From Thermoplasmata archaeon (GTDB lineage Archaea > Thermoplasmatota > E2 > JACPAO01 > JAHFTW01): DNA of 64,000 bases. Shown here in pieces: positions 17,166-26,080 of the stretch. Numbering within the stretch: position 1 is the stretch's first letter; the number at the start of each line of letters is the position of its first letter. Location of the stretch: positions 30,973 through 94,972 of the forward strand of contig JAXDQS010000004.1 in the NCBI GenBank assembly GCA_034667725.1, read 5' to 3'. The position numbers were made by a program, and so were the translations under genes. The notes beneath the pieces were generated by a model that was given only the letters and a program-made list of their open reading frames with translations, was not told the DNA's origin and ran no database searches.

Positions 17166-17975
17166 TCAGGCGGGCGGGCCGACGTTCGCGGTGAGCGTTT
17201 CCTTCTGCACGTCGTCCGACTCCCAGGTGTAGGTGCCGGGGATCTTCAGGATGAACGCGCCGGAGCTGGCCAGGCGGGCCACGACGATGTCGCCGACCTT
17301 GCTGCCGACGGGGCCGTTCTTGAGCGTGTAGGCGTGGTCGAGCACGTCGTCGTTCTTGACCTCCAGCGCGTCGCCGGCCACCAGGTCCACGGTGTTCTTG
17401 TCGAGCCCGCCGCCCGCGAAGTCGCCGGCGGCGTGGGTCACGATCTCGAGGGTGCCGGTGGTGGCGATGTCGGACACCTTGATGGGGACCTCGGCGCTCC
17501 AGTACTCCTTCTCGGGAAGCCCGTCGGCGTAGATGCGGGCATAGGCGCGCAGGTAGAACGTGCCCGGGGTCGTGAGGGTGAACGTCCCGTTGAAGGGGCC
17601 GGCGGCGGGGAGGTTCTGGTGCTCCTTGACGGCCAGCTCCATGACGCCGTAGTCCTCCATCTTCTTGACCTGGTCCAGCGGCGTGGGGTGGTGCGCCAGG
17701 CGGACGCTGTTGTACATCGAGTGGCCGCCGGGGTAGCTGCCGTTGCTGACCGTCCAGGACACCTTTGCTTCAAGGTAGACGGTCGCGTTGTAGGACACGG
17801 CCCCCAGGGACACGGAGGGCGCCACCGGCTGCGGGCACAGGCTGGCCGGGTCCGCCGGCGCGTCGTCCGAAAGGGTCAGGATGGTGCCGTCCGGGCAGGC
17901 GAAGGTGTCATCCTGGGAGCCGGAGCAGCCGGCCAGGAGCAGGAGGGCCATGGCGACGGGGGCACCGAAGCGCAT
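17166..17975 (-). CDS. Hypothetical lipoprotein with C-terminal cupredoxin-like beta domain (no Cu ligands seen)
   Basis: Lipobox LLLAGC; beta-rich; no His/Cys/Met type-1 copper set. Confidence 0.5.
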   Translation of the reverse strand: MRFGAPVAMALLLLAGCSGSQDDTFACPDGTILTLSDDAPADPASLCPQPVAPSVSLGAVSYNATVYLEAKVSWTVSNGSYPGGHSMYNSVRLAHHPTPLDQVKKMEDYGVMELAVKEHQNLPAAGPFNGTFTLTTPGTFYLRAYARIYADGLPEKEYWSAEVPIKVSDIATTGTLEIVTHAAGDFAGGGLDKNTVDLVAGDALEVKNDDVLDHAYTLKNGPVGSKVGDIVVARLASSGAFILKIPGTYTWESDDVQKETLTANVGPPA

Positions 17976-18029
17976 CAGGGCGACGGACGCGGCCCAGGCA
18001 AAAGGCGTTCTGGATGGTGAGCTGGCCCC

Positions 18030-18335
18030 TCAGGGGTTCGGGACCGGGACGCACTGGCGGTCCTGCGGGGAGTCCAGGACGATGTAGTAGACGCAGACGC
18101 GGTCGAACTCGGTGCCGACGCAGGCGAAGGCGTACACGAAGCCGGTGGCCTGGTCCTGGACGAGGGCGTAGGGGCCGACGTTGCAGGGGTCGCTGTCGAA
18201 GACGCCGTCGGGGCCGTCGTTGCAGTCGACGGCGACCGGGTTGGGGCGCTCGATGCAGGCGGCGGTGGCGTTCGGCACGGCGGCGAGGGCGGCGACGGAG
18301 GCAAGCAGGGCGGCGGTCAGCAAGGCGCGGTTCAT
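18030..18335 (-). CDS. Small secreted Cys-rich protein
   Basis: From Met27 of track ORF 18030-18413; signal peptide MNRALLTAALLASVAALAA, then seven Cys in about 75 aa. Confidence 0.4.
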   Translation of the reverse strand: MNRALLTAALLASVAALAAVPNATAACIERPNPVAVDCNDGPDGVFDSDPCNVGPYALVQDQATGFVYAFACVGTEFDRVCVYYIVLDSPQDRQCVPVPNP

Positions 18336-18470
18336 GGGTTCATCCTGGGGCAAGCCCCGCCAAGGAACAGGGTGGAGGCCAGAAGGGGCTTCCGGGCAGA
18401 TGCTCGAAAGCACCTTGGGACCCCAGCCCTCGCATCAACGCTTATCCCGGCCGTCCTCGTCGGCGCCTCC

Positions 18471-19340
18471 GTGCAGACCGTGGCCGCCCCAGGCAGCGCG
18501 CGTGAGCCCCTCACCATCGCCCAGCTCGAGGAGAAGGCGCGGCTCCTGCGCATCGAGGTCCTGAAGATGACCTACGGCGCCGGCTCCGGCCACCCCGGCG
18601 GGTCGTTCTCGATGGCGGAGTTCCTGGTGGCGCTCTACTACAACAAAATGATGGTCGAGCCCCAGAACCCGAAGGACCCCGACCGCGACATCTTCATCCT
18701 CTCCAAGGGCCACTGCGCGCCCGGCCTGTACGCCGTGCTGGGCGACCTGGGCTTCTTCCCCAAGGCCGAGTTCACCAAGCTCCGCAAGTTCGGCGGCCTG
18801 CTGCAAGGCCACGCCGACCGCAAGATCCCCGGCATCGAGATGAGCACCGGCAGCCTCGGCATGGGCCTGGGGTACGGCAACGGCTGCGCCATCGTCAAGC
18901 GCATCGACAACAAGAAGGGCCGCGTCTACGTGATCCTCGGCGACGGCGAGCTGCAGGAGGGCAACATCTGGGAGTCCGCGCTCACCTCCAGCCACCGCAA
19001 GCTCGACAACGTCTGCGTCATCGTGGACGCCAACAAGATCCAGATCGACGGCTGGACCAAGGACGTCAAGGACGTCGGCGACATCAAGGCCAAGTTCGAC
19101 GCCTTCGGCTTCTGGACCCGCAACGTCCCCGGCCACGACTTCCGCTCCATCCTCCAGGCGCTCGACGAGGCCGAGACCGTCGTCGGCCAGCCCCAATGCC
19201 TCGTCATGGACACCCAGAAGGGCCACGGCGTCACCTTCATGGTCGGCAAGCCCGAGTTCCACGGCCGCGCCCTCACCAAGGACGAGATGGTCCGCGCCAT
19301 GGCGGAGCTGGGCGAGACCTGGGCCAACGGAGGTGCCTGA
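18471..19340 (+). CDS. Transketolase, N-terminal (TPP-binding) subunit
   Basis: GSGHPGGSFS, SKGHCAPGLYA, ILGDGELQEGNIWE. Start uncertain (GTG 18471 chosen; the track ORF starts at 18372). Confidence 0.9.
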   Translation: MQTVAAPGSAREPLTIAQLEEKARLLRIEVLKMTYGAGSGHPGGSFSMAEFLVALYYNKMMVEPQNPKDPDRDIFILSKGHCAPGLYAVLGDLGFFPKAEFTKLRKFGGLLQGHADRKIPGIEMSTGSLGMGLGYGNGCAIVKRIDNKKGRVYVILGDGELQEGNIWESALTSSHRKLDNVCVIVDANKIQIDGWTKDVKDVGDIKAKFDAFGFWTRNVPGHDFRSILQALDEAETVVGQPQCLVMDTQKGHGVTFMVGKPEFHGRALTKDEMVRAMAELGETWANGGA

Positions 19341-20374
19341 TGTCCTCCCCCGCCCCCGCCGCCCCCGACCGCTGGCGCCCCGGCGACAAGGTCAGCATCC
19401 GCGACGGCTACGGCCGCGGGCTGCAGGAGATCGGGCGCACCCACGCCGACATCGTCGCGCTGGACGCCGACCTGGCCGAATCGACGCGCAGCCACTGGTT
19501 CGCCAAGGAGTTCCCGCACCGCTTCTACCAGATGGGCATCAGCGAGCAGGACATGGTCGTCACCGCCGCCGGCATGGCGCACATGGGCAAGGTGCCGTTC
19601 GCCTCCTCGTTCGCCATCTTCCTCCAACGCGGCTGGGAGCAGATCCGCAATTGCGTCGGCCGCCAGAACCTGAACGTCAAGTTCTGCGGCAGCCACGGCG
19701 GCCTCATGACCGGCCAGGACGGCAGCTCCGCCCACGCCCTCGAGGACGTCGGCGTCATGCGCACCCTGCCGCACATGGGCGTCGTGGCCCCCTGCGACGC
19801 CGTCGAGGCCAAGTCCGCCGTGCTCGCCATGTACCTGCGCCCCGGCCCGGCCTACATGCGCAGCACCCGCGCCGCCGTGCCCGTGCTGTTCCCCGAGGAC
19901 CACGAGTTCAAGTGGGGCAAGGGCCACGTGCTGGCCGACGGCGACGACGCCACCATCATCGCCAACGGCCCCCAGGTCAACGAGGGCCTCATGGCCGCCA
20001 AGGCGCTCAAGGAGAAGGGCCTGAGCGTCCGCGTCATCTCGATGGCGTCCATCAAGCCCATCGACCGCACCCTGATCGCCAAGGCCGGCCGCGAGACCGG
20101 CTTCGTCGTGTCCGCCGAGGACCACTTCATCCACAACGGCCTCGGCTCCGCGGTCGCGGAGTGCCTCGCCGGCGAAGGGGTCGCGGCCAAGCTGTGGCGC
20201 GTCGGCGTCCAGGACGGCTTCACCCAGTCCGGCGACCCGAAGGACCTCTACCGCTACTATGGCGTGGACGCGCAGGCCATCGGCGAGACCGTCGTCCGCC
20301 TGCGCGACGGGTCGTTGCGGGCGCCGTTGGCGCCGCACGACCTCGTCGGGGCGGCGAGCGTTCGCCTCGCCTGA
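19340..20374 (+). CDS. Transketolase, C-terminal (pyrimidine-binding) subunit
   Basis: From Met49 of track ORF 19196-20374; FYQMGISEQDMV, GSHGGLMTGQDGSSAH. Its ATG overlaps the upstream TGA (ATGA). Confidence 0.9.
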   Translation: MSSPAPAAPDRWRPGDKVSIRDGYGRGLQEIGRTHADIVALDADLAESTRSHWFAKEFPHRFYQMGISEQDMVVTAAGMAHMGKVPFASSFAIFLQRGWEQIRNCVGRQNLNVKFCGSHGGLMTGQDGSSAHALEDVGVMRTLPHMGVVAPCDAVEAKSAVLAMYLRPGPAYMRSTRAAVPVLFPEDHEFKWGKGHVLADGDDATIIANGPQVNEGLMAAKALKEKGLSVRVISMASIKPIDRTLIAKAGRETGFVVSAEDHFIHNGLGSAVAECLAGEGVAAKLWRVGVQDGFTQSGDPKDLYRYYGVDAQAIGETVVRLRDGSLRAPLAPHDLVGAASVRLA

Positions 20375-20418
20375 ACCACGGATTCCACGGATCGCACGGA
20401 ACGATTGGAATCCGTGGT
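20375..20418. terminator. Perfect 13-bp hairpin between convergent tkt and pduO-type genes (candidate bidirectional terminator; also a repeat-family member)
   Basis: ACCACGGATTCCA (20375-20387) and TGGAATCCGTGGT (20406-20418) are exact reverse complements with an 18-nt loop. It starts 1 nt after the tkt stop and ends 12 nt before the convergent stop. Confidence 0.5.
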
Positions 20419-20429
20419 CCCAATAGGCG

Positions 20430-21023
20430 TCAAGCCTTGTTGGGTTCCCAGAGGGTCTCGGCGCCGCCTTGCGCCTTCGCCGCCCACCGCGACCACACGA
20501 ACAGCGCATCCGACAGGCGGTTGAGGTAGCGCACCTCGCGCTCCAGGCCGCCGGCCTCGCGCTGGAGGGTCACGGCGACCCGTTCGGCGCGGCGGCACAC
20601 CGTGCGGGCGACGTGCAGCATGGCGTCGAGCCGGGTCCCGCCGGGCAGGACGAACGAGCGCAGCGCGGGCAGCTCGGCGGTGCGGGCGTCGATCTCTGCC
20701 TCCAGCCAGGCGACGTCGGCGTCGGTGGTGCGCGGCTGGCGCGGCCCGAGGTCGGCCGGCAGGGTGGCGAGGCAGGAGCCGAGGTTGAACAGCTGGTGCT
20801 CGATTCGCAGCAGCGTGGGGGCGAGCGCGGAAGTGGCGGCGTCGAGATGGCTGCGGACCATGCCGACCCAGGCGTTGAGCTCGTCCACGGTGCCGTAGGC
20901 CTCGATGCGCAGGTCGTCCTTCGGCACGCGCTGGCCGCCGACCAAGCCGGTGGCGCCGGCGTCACCCGTGCGGGTGTAGATGCGCGACAGCCCGACGCGG
21001 GGCTCCTGGAAGGGGTCGGCCAC
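20430..21023 (-). CDS. ATP:cob(I)alamin adenosyltransferase, PduO type
   Basis: RIYTRTGDAGATGL, RIEAYGTVDELNA, FVLPGG, RTVCRRAER. Confidence 0.9.
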   Translation of the reverse strand: MADPFQEPRVGLSRIYTRTGDAGATGLVGGQRVPKDDLRIEAYGTVDELNAWVGMVRSHLDAATSALAPTLLRIEHQLFNLGSCLATLPADLGPRQPRTTDADVAWLEAEIDARTAELPALRSFVLPGGTRLDAMLHVARTVCRRAERVAVTLQREAGGLEREVRYLNRLSDALFVWSRWAAKAQGGAETLWEPNKA

Positions 21024-21038
21024 GGGGTTGGAGGGCGG

Positions 21039-21422
21039 TCAGGCCATAAGGGCAAGCCGGCACCGCTGCACGTCCCGCATCCGCTCCAGGGTGGCGTGCA
21101 GCGCCTGGATGCGGGCGGGAGGCCCGGCGACGATGAGGACGTCCATGCAGGTCTCCTGCTCGCAGTGGGTGTGCATCAGGGACAGGACGACGTCGTGGAA
21201 GGCGTGGCGGACTTCGCTGATGCGCGCCTCGGTGCCGTGCGGGTAGAGGATGGTGATGGAGCCGTGGAGGTGGCGGCCGGTGGCGGGGGCGTGGTGGCTG
21301 CCGAGGCGGTCGCGGGCGGCGGCGCGCAGGAACTCGCTGCGGCCCTTGTAGTCCCCCGTGGCGATGGCGCGGTCCATCTCCTCCAGGAGGTCTTCGGGGA
21401 GGCTGACGCTGACAACGGCCAT
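21039..21422 (-). CDS. nikR: NikR-type metal-responsive repressor (RHH plus ACT-like metal domain)
   Basis: Last 127 aa of track ORF 21039-22301: VSVSLPEDLLEEMD...GYKGRSEFLRAA (ribbon-helix-helix), then the H..H...HTHC metal site. Confidence 0.8.
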   Translation of the reverse strand: MAVVSVSLPEDLLEEMDRAIATGDYKGRSEFLRAAARDRLGSHHAPATGRHLHGSITILYPHGTEARISEVRHAFHDVVLSLMHTHCEQETCMDVLIVAGPPARIQALHATLERMRDVQRCRLALMA

Positions 21423-21467
21423 TGTGAGGCCCAGCCCGCCCGCATTCATAATTCCTGGCAAGAAGCT

Positions 21468-22376
21468 ATGAAGGATGGGCGGTGGGGCGGTGGCATGCGC
21501 TGGGTTGCCCCCCTGTCCTGCCTGGTCCTGCTGTTGGCGGGATGCGCCAGCACCACCCCCGAGAACACCGTGGCCGCCGCCAACTACCCGGTGCAGTACC
21601 TGGCCGAGCGCATCGCGGGCGACCTGGTCCCCGTGCGCATCCTGACGCCCCCCGGCGTCGACCTGCACGAGTTCGAGCCCACCCTCCGCGAGATCCAGAT
21701 CCTGCGTGAGAGCCGCGTGCTGGTGCTGCACGGCCTCGGCGTCGAGCCCTGGGTGGACCACGCCCTGGAGAGCCTGGGCAGCGCCGCGCCGCCGGTCATC
21801 CGGGCCGCGACCCTGCCGGCGGGCGAGTCGTTCCTGGAGCTGGAGGAGGACGGCGAGGTCGGCCGCGACCCGCACACCTGGCTCGACCCGCTGGCTTACA
21901 TTGCCGAGGCCAAGGTCGTGCGCGACGGCCTGATGGAGGCGTTCCCCGAGCACGCCGCCGCCTTCGCCGAGCGTGCCGCGGTCCTCGTGGCCGACCTGGA
22001 GGCGCTGCACGCCGCCATGGCCGCCGGCCTCGCCCAGTGCGAGATCCGCACCGTCGTCACCAACCACGACGCCTACTCCTACTTCGCGCGCCGGTACGGC
22101 CTGGAGATCGTCAGCCTGCACGGCCTCGAGCCGGGCTCCCAGCCGGACCCCCAGTCGGTGCGCGACGTCATCGAGACCATCCGCGCCACGGACACGACGG
22201 TGCTGTTCGTCGAGGACGAGACCGACCCCGCCGCCGTGGCCTCCATCGTCGCGGAGACCCACATCGCCACCGGCGTGCTGCACGTGGCCGAGTCCCGCCA
22301 CCCCACGCTCGACTACCTCGCCCTCCAGCGCGAGAACCTGGCCGCCTTGTCCGCGGCGCTCAGGTGCTCCGCTTGA
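21468..22376 (+). CDS. Metal ABC transporter substrate-binding lipoprotein (ZnuA/TroA family)
   Basis: Last 302 aa of track ORF 20469-22376; lipobox LLLAGC, HEFEPT, DPHTWLDP, HDAYSYF. Alternative ATG at 21495. Confidence 0.85.
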   Translation: MKDGRWGGGMRWVAPLSCLVLLLAGCASTTPENTVAAANYPVQYLAERIAGDLVPVRILTPPGVDLHEFEPTLREIQILRESRVLVLHGLGVEPWVDHALESLGSAAPPVIRAATLPAGESFLELEEDGEVGRDPHTWLDPLAYIAEAKVVRDGLMEAFPEHAAAFAERAAVLVADLEALHAAMAAGLAQCEIRTVVTNHDAYSYFARRYGLEIVSLHGLEPGSQPDPQSVRDVIETIRATDTTVLFVEDETDPAAVASIVAETHIATGVLHVAESRHPTLDYLALQRENLAALSAALRCSA

Positions 22377-23092
22377 CCTTGGCTATCGACGTCCGGGACG
22401 TGTGCGTCAACCTCGCCGGCCGCGAAATCCTGCACGACGTCAACCTCCAGGTGCCGGCCGGCCAGCTGGTCGGCGTCCTGGGCCCGAACGGCGGCGGCAA
22501 GACCACGCTCCTGCGCGTCCTGGTGGGCTTGCAGGCCACGGACTGCGGCGAGGTCCGCATCCTAGGTGAGACACCGCGGGGCGCGCGCGGCCGCGTCGCC
22601 TACGTTCCGCAGAACGTGGCGCACGTCGAGGCGCGGTTCCCGGCCAACGTCCACGAGGTCGTCATGATGGCGCGCACCGGCAAGCGCGGCCTTTTGGCCC
22701 GCCCGGACGCGGCCGACCGCCAGGCCGTCGAGCAGGCCTTGGCGGAGGTGGGCGCGTGGGAGCTGCGCGACCGCGCCATCGGCCGCTTGTCCGGCGGCCA
22801 GCGCCAACGCGTGTTCCTGGCCCGCGCGCTTGCGCAGGAGCCGGAGCTGCTGCTCTTGGACGAGCCCTTGACCGGCGTGGACCGGGACGCGCGCGCCGAC
22901 TTCCTGGGGATGCTGCGCCACCTGCACCGCGACCACCGCCTGACCGTGCTGATGGTGAGCCACGACGCCTCCGGGATGCGCCTGCTGGCCGACCGGTTCG
23001 TCGCCATCGAGACCCGCAAGGTGTTCGACGGCCCGCCCGCCGCCTTCGAGGAGGCCGGCCACATCACCGAGCACCGGGGGCCGCACGCATGA
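22364..23092 (+). CDS. Metal ABC transporter ATP-binding protein (ZnuC-like)
   Basis: GPNGGGKTT, LSGGQRQRVFLARA, LLLDEP. GTG start overlaps the end of the binding-protein gene. Confidence 0.9.
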   Translation: MLRLTLAIDVRDVCVNLAGREILHDVNLQVPAGQLVGVLGPNGGGKTTLLRVLVGLQATDCGEVRILGETPRGARGRVAYVPQNVAHVEARFPANVHEVVMMARTGKRGLLARPDAADRQAVEQALAEVGAWELRDRAIGRLSGGQRQRVFLARALAQEPELLLLDEPLTGVDRDARADFLGMLRHLHRDHRLTVLMVSHDASGMRLLADRFVAIETRKVFDGPPAAFEEAGHITEHRGPHA

Positions 23093-23889
23093 CGTTCGAG
23101 CTGTTCCTGCAGGACCCTTACTTCCAGCGCATCCTGCTGACGGCCTTGGTGGTGGCCGCGACCGCCGCAGCGCTCGGCATCCACTTGGTGCTGCGCGGCC
23201 TCAGCCTGTTCGGGGACGGCGTGGCGCACATCTCGTTCGCGGGGGTCGCCTTGGGCTTCGCGCTGGGCGTGCTGCCGTTGGCCAGCGCCATGGTGCTGAG
23301 CTGCGTCGGGGCGCTCGCGATCCAGGAGCTGCGGCGCCGGCAGCTGACGAAGGGCGACACCGCCATCGGCGTCATCTTCACCGCCAGCCTGGCGCTCGGC
23401 GTCGTGCTGCTGTCGCTGGGCGCCGGCCCGGGCGTCAGCCTAGACTCCTACCTGTTCGGCAACCTGCTGCTGGTGGGGGAGCAGGACTTCTGGATCGTGG
23501 TGGCCGTCGCCGTCGTGGTGCTGGCGACCTTGGCGCTGCTGCATCGGGCGCTGTTCGCCTTGACCTTCGACGCCCAGGGGGCCGAGGTGCAGGGCCTGCC
23601 GGCGCGCGGCCTGGAGACGGTCCTGACCCTGCTGACGGCGGCCGCCATCGTGGTGGCCAGCCGGGTCGTGGGCGTGCTGCTGGTGTCGAGCCTGCTGGTG
23701 GTGCCGGCGGCCGCCGCGCTGCAATGGGCGCGGGGGTTCCGTCAGGCGATGGCGATCGCCATGGCGCTGGCGGTCGCGGTGACGGTCCTCGGCTTGGCGG
23801 TCTCGGCGGAGTTCGCGCTGCCGAGCGGGGCCACCATCGCGCTGGTCAGCAGCGCCTCGTTCGTGGTCGCGCTGGCGACCCGGCGCTGA
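23089..23889 (+). CDS. Metal ABC transporter permease (ZnuB-like)
   Basis: From Met112 of track ORF 22756-23889; polytopic ABC-3 type membrane protein; ATGA overlap with the ATPase gene. Confidence 0.9.
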   Translation: MTFELFLQDPYFQRILLTALVVAATAAALGIHLVLRGLSLFGDGVAHISFAGVALGFALGVLPLASAMVLSCVGALAIQELRRRQLTKGDTAIGVIFTASLALGVVLLSLGAGPGVSLDSYLFGNLLLVGEQDFWIVVAVAVVVLATLALLHRALFALTFDAQGAEVQGLPARGLETVLTLLTAAAIVVASRVVGVLLVSSLLVVPAAAALQWARGFRQAMAIAMALAVAVTVLGLAVSAEFALPSGATIALVSSASFVVALATRR

Positions 23890-23928
23890 AAGGCAAGCCT
23901 CAAAGCCGCATCCCATGAATGGCCCTTC

Positions 23929-24258
23929 ATGGAAAGCGCCGCGCTGCTCCGGATGATCAGCGAGGGCACCCGCCACTCCCTGTTGCAGGAGCTTCGGTCG
24001 GGCGAGCGCACCGTGTCCGAGCTGGTGTCGTCGCTGGGCGGCGAGCAGAGCAACCTCAGCCACCACCTCGCGGTCTTGCGTGACGCAGGGCTGGTGGCGT
24101 GCCGGCGGGAGGGGCGCAACCAGCGCTACCGGCTGGCGGACGTGGAGGTGGCGCGGCTGCTGGAGCAGGTGGAGCAGTTGGCGGCGCGGCTCGACCAGGT
24201 GGCCTACAGCGTTTCCCTGGGGCTCCCGGCTGGCCAGGCGTTCCATGGCTATGGGTGA
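23929..24258 (+). CDS. ArsR/SmtB family transcriptional regulator
   Basis: HSLLQELRSGERTVSELVSSLGGEQSNLSHHLAVLRDAGLV, a winged HTH. Confidence 0.85.
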   Translation: MESAALLRMISEGTRHSLLQELRSGERTVSELVSSLGGEQSNLSHHLAVLRDAGLVACRREGRNQRYRLADVEVARLLEQVEQLAARLDQVAYSVSLGLPAGQAFHGYG

Positions 24259-24265
24259 AGCCCGC

Positions 24266-24294
24266 TCCTATCAATATTCTATATAGACTACAGC
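24266..24294 (+). promoter_or_regulatory. AT-rich promoter/operator of the AbrB-PhoU gene (TATATA box 24280-24285)
   Basis: tcctatcaatattctatatagactacagc; 21 of 29 nt match the pit-operon element at 3328-3356. GTG 24310 lies about 27 nt downstream of the TATA. Confidence 0.5.
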
Positions 24295-24309
24295 CGCATC
24301 CGACTTCCT

Positions 24310-25338
24310 GTGCCCGCCCGCTCCCCCAACATGGAACTGAGGAAGCTGCAGGTCACCGGCGGCTCCACGCACGTCGTCAGCCTCCCCAAGAAGTGGATCG
24401 ACCGCAACCGGCTCGGCCGCAGCGACACCGTCGCCATCCACGAGGAGCCCGACGGCTCGCTCCTCTTGATTCCCCACAGCGAGGCCAAGGCCGAGACCCG
24501 CAGCCTCACCGTGGACCTGCCCGACGGCGTCCAGGCCGAGGAGGTCGTCCGCCGCCTGGTGGGCGCCTACCTCGCCGGCGCCGACGAGATCCAGGTCCGC
24601 ATGGCCAGCCGCATGGACCCGAAAATCCGCCAAGTGGTCCGCGACACCAGCCGCAGCCTGGTCGGCGTCGAAGTCCTGGAGGAAGGCGCCCAGACCATGG
24701 TGCTGCAGGACCTCGTCGGGGTCGCCGACATGGACCTCCGCAAGACCCTCACCCGGATGCAGCGCATCGCCCGCCTGATGTACGACGACGCCCTCAAGGC
24801 CTTCGAGGCCCGCGACATCGCGCTGGCCGGCGACGTCCGGCGCCGCGACGACGAGCTGGACCGCCTGCTGTGGATGGTCTCCAAGCAGATGCACGCCCTC
24901 CTGGAGCAGCCGCGCATCGCCGCCCGCCTCAACGTCCGCCCCGCCGAGGCACTGAACCTGTTCCTCGCCGCCCGCTCCCTGGAGCGCATGGGCGACCACG
25001 CCGCCAAGGTATGCGCCAACATCGGCGCCCTCGAAGGCCAGAAAGTCACCCCCGCCGTCATGGCCGCGTTCACCCAGCACGCCCAGCACGTCCGCACCAT
25101 TTGGGACGACGCCTTCAGCTCCCTCAAGCGCCCCGACTTCGTGCAAGCCTCCCGGGCCGCCGACGCCGGCGAGGCCGCCGGCACCTGGCGCGGCGAGGTC
25201 TCCACCCTCATCAAGGGGCTCGCCCCCGAGGCCGTCGCCCCCCTGACCTTGATCGCGGACTCCTTGGACCGCACCCGCGGCTACGCCATCGACCTGGCGG
25301 AGACCGCGATGAACCAGACCTATCAGCAGATGGTGTGA
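24310..25338 (+). CDS. AbrB/SpoVT DNA-binding domain fused to a PhoU domain (archaeal phosphate-regulon regulator type)
   Basis: RKLQVTGGSTHVVSLPKKWI (SpoVT-AbrB) followed by two PhoU repeats (RRDDELDRL, LERMGDHAAKV). Leaderless GTG 24310, or ATG 24331. Confidence 0.85.
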   Translation: MPARSPNMELRKLQVTGGSTHVVSLPKKWIDRNRLGRSDTVAIHEEPDGSLLLIPHSEAKAETRSLTVDLPDGVQAEEVVRRLVGAYLAGADEIQVRMASRMDPKIRQVVRDTSRSLVGVEVLEEGAQTMVLQDLVGVADMDLRKTLTRMQRIARLMYDDALKAFEARDIALAGDVRRRDDELDRLLWMVSKQMHALLEQPRIAARLNVRPAEALNLFLAARSLERMGDHAAKVCANIGALEGQKVTPAVMAAFTQHAQHVRTIWDDAFSSLKRPDFVQASRAADAGEAAGTWRGEVSTLIKGLAPEAVAPLTLIADSLDRTRGYAIDLAETAMNQTYQQMV

Positions 25339-25475
25339 GGAAACCCTCGGGCGCAGCGAGGAGGGTTTCCGAGACGGTTGAGGCCCACGCCGCACCGGCG
25401 CGCGTGGGACGCCTCAACCTGTAGCCCCGGTCCCAGGACCGAACGTTTTTCCGAAGGCCACCCTGGGCGCATCCC

Positions 25476-26075
25476 GTGGTCCGGACCACCATCTCGGAGG
25501 CCGTCTGCCCGGCGTGCAACGGCCAAGGCCTGGAATACACCGCCGAGCAGGTGGACCTGCCCTACATGGGGAACTCGCTCGAGACGCTGCTGCGCTGCGA
25601 GGCCTGCGGCTACCGGCACGCCGACTTCGTCCTCACCGAGCACCGCGAGCCGACCCGCTACATCTACGACGTGCGGCGCGCCGAGGACATGTCGGTGCGC
25701 GTCGTGCGCAGCGGCTCCGGCACCATCCGCATCCCGGAACTGGGCATCAGCATCGAGCCCGGTGTTGCCTCGGAGGCGTTCGTGTCGAACATCGAGGGCA
25801 TCCTGGTGCGGGTCGAGCGCGTGCTGGACCAGCTCGGCCGCGACGCCGAGGAGGAGTCCATGCGCACCCGCGTCATGGACTTGCAGGACACCTTGGGCGC
25901 GCTGCGCGTCGGCACCGGACCCCCCGTCACGGTCATCCTGGAGGACCCGTTCGGCAACTCCGCCATCCTCGGGGAGGGCGCCCGCCACGAGCGCATCCCC
26001 CCCGAGGAGGCCGACCAGTTGAAGGTCGGGATGCTGGTCTACGACCCGGACGGCAAGCTCATCCGGGACGAGTAG
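25476..26075 (+). CDS. ZPR1-type zinc-finger protein
   Basis: CPACNG...(26)...CEACGY zinc ribbon, then a ZPR1 beta domain (VVRSGSGTIRIPELG, ILEDPFGNS). Confidence 0.8.
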   Translation: MVRTTISEAVCPACNGQGLEYTAEQVDLPYMGNSLETLLRCEACGYRHADFVLTEHREPTRYIYDVRRAEDMSVRVVRSGSGTIRIPELGISIEPGVASEAFVSNIEGILVRVERVLDQLGRDAEEESMRTRVMDLQDTLGALRVGTGPPVTVILEDPFGNSAILGEGARHERIPPEEADQLKVGMLVYDPDGKLIRDE

Positions 26076-26080
26076 CCCGG

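Noticed and set aside
20257-20598. 113-aa minus ORF whose peptide TTDSNRSVRSVESVV resembles the PKS linkers
   Set aside because: It overlaps the 3' end of the PduO-type gene in another frame and spans the terminator hairpin. The similarity is treated as a DNA-level repeat, not a gene.
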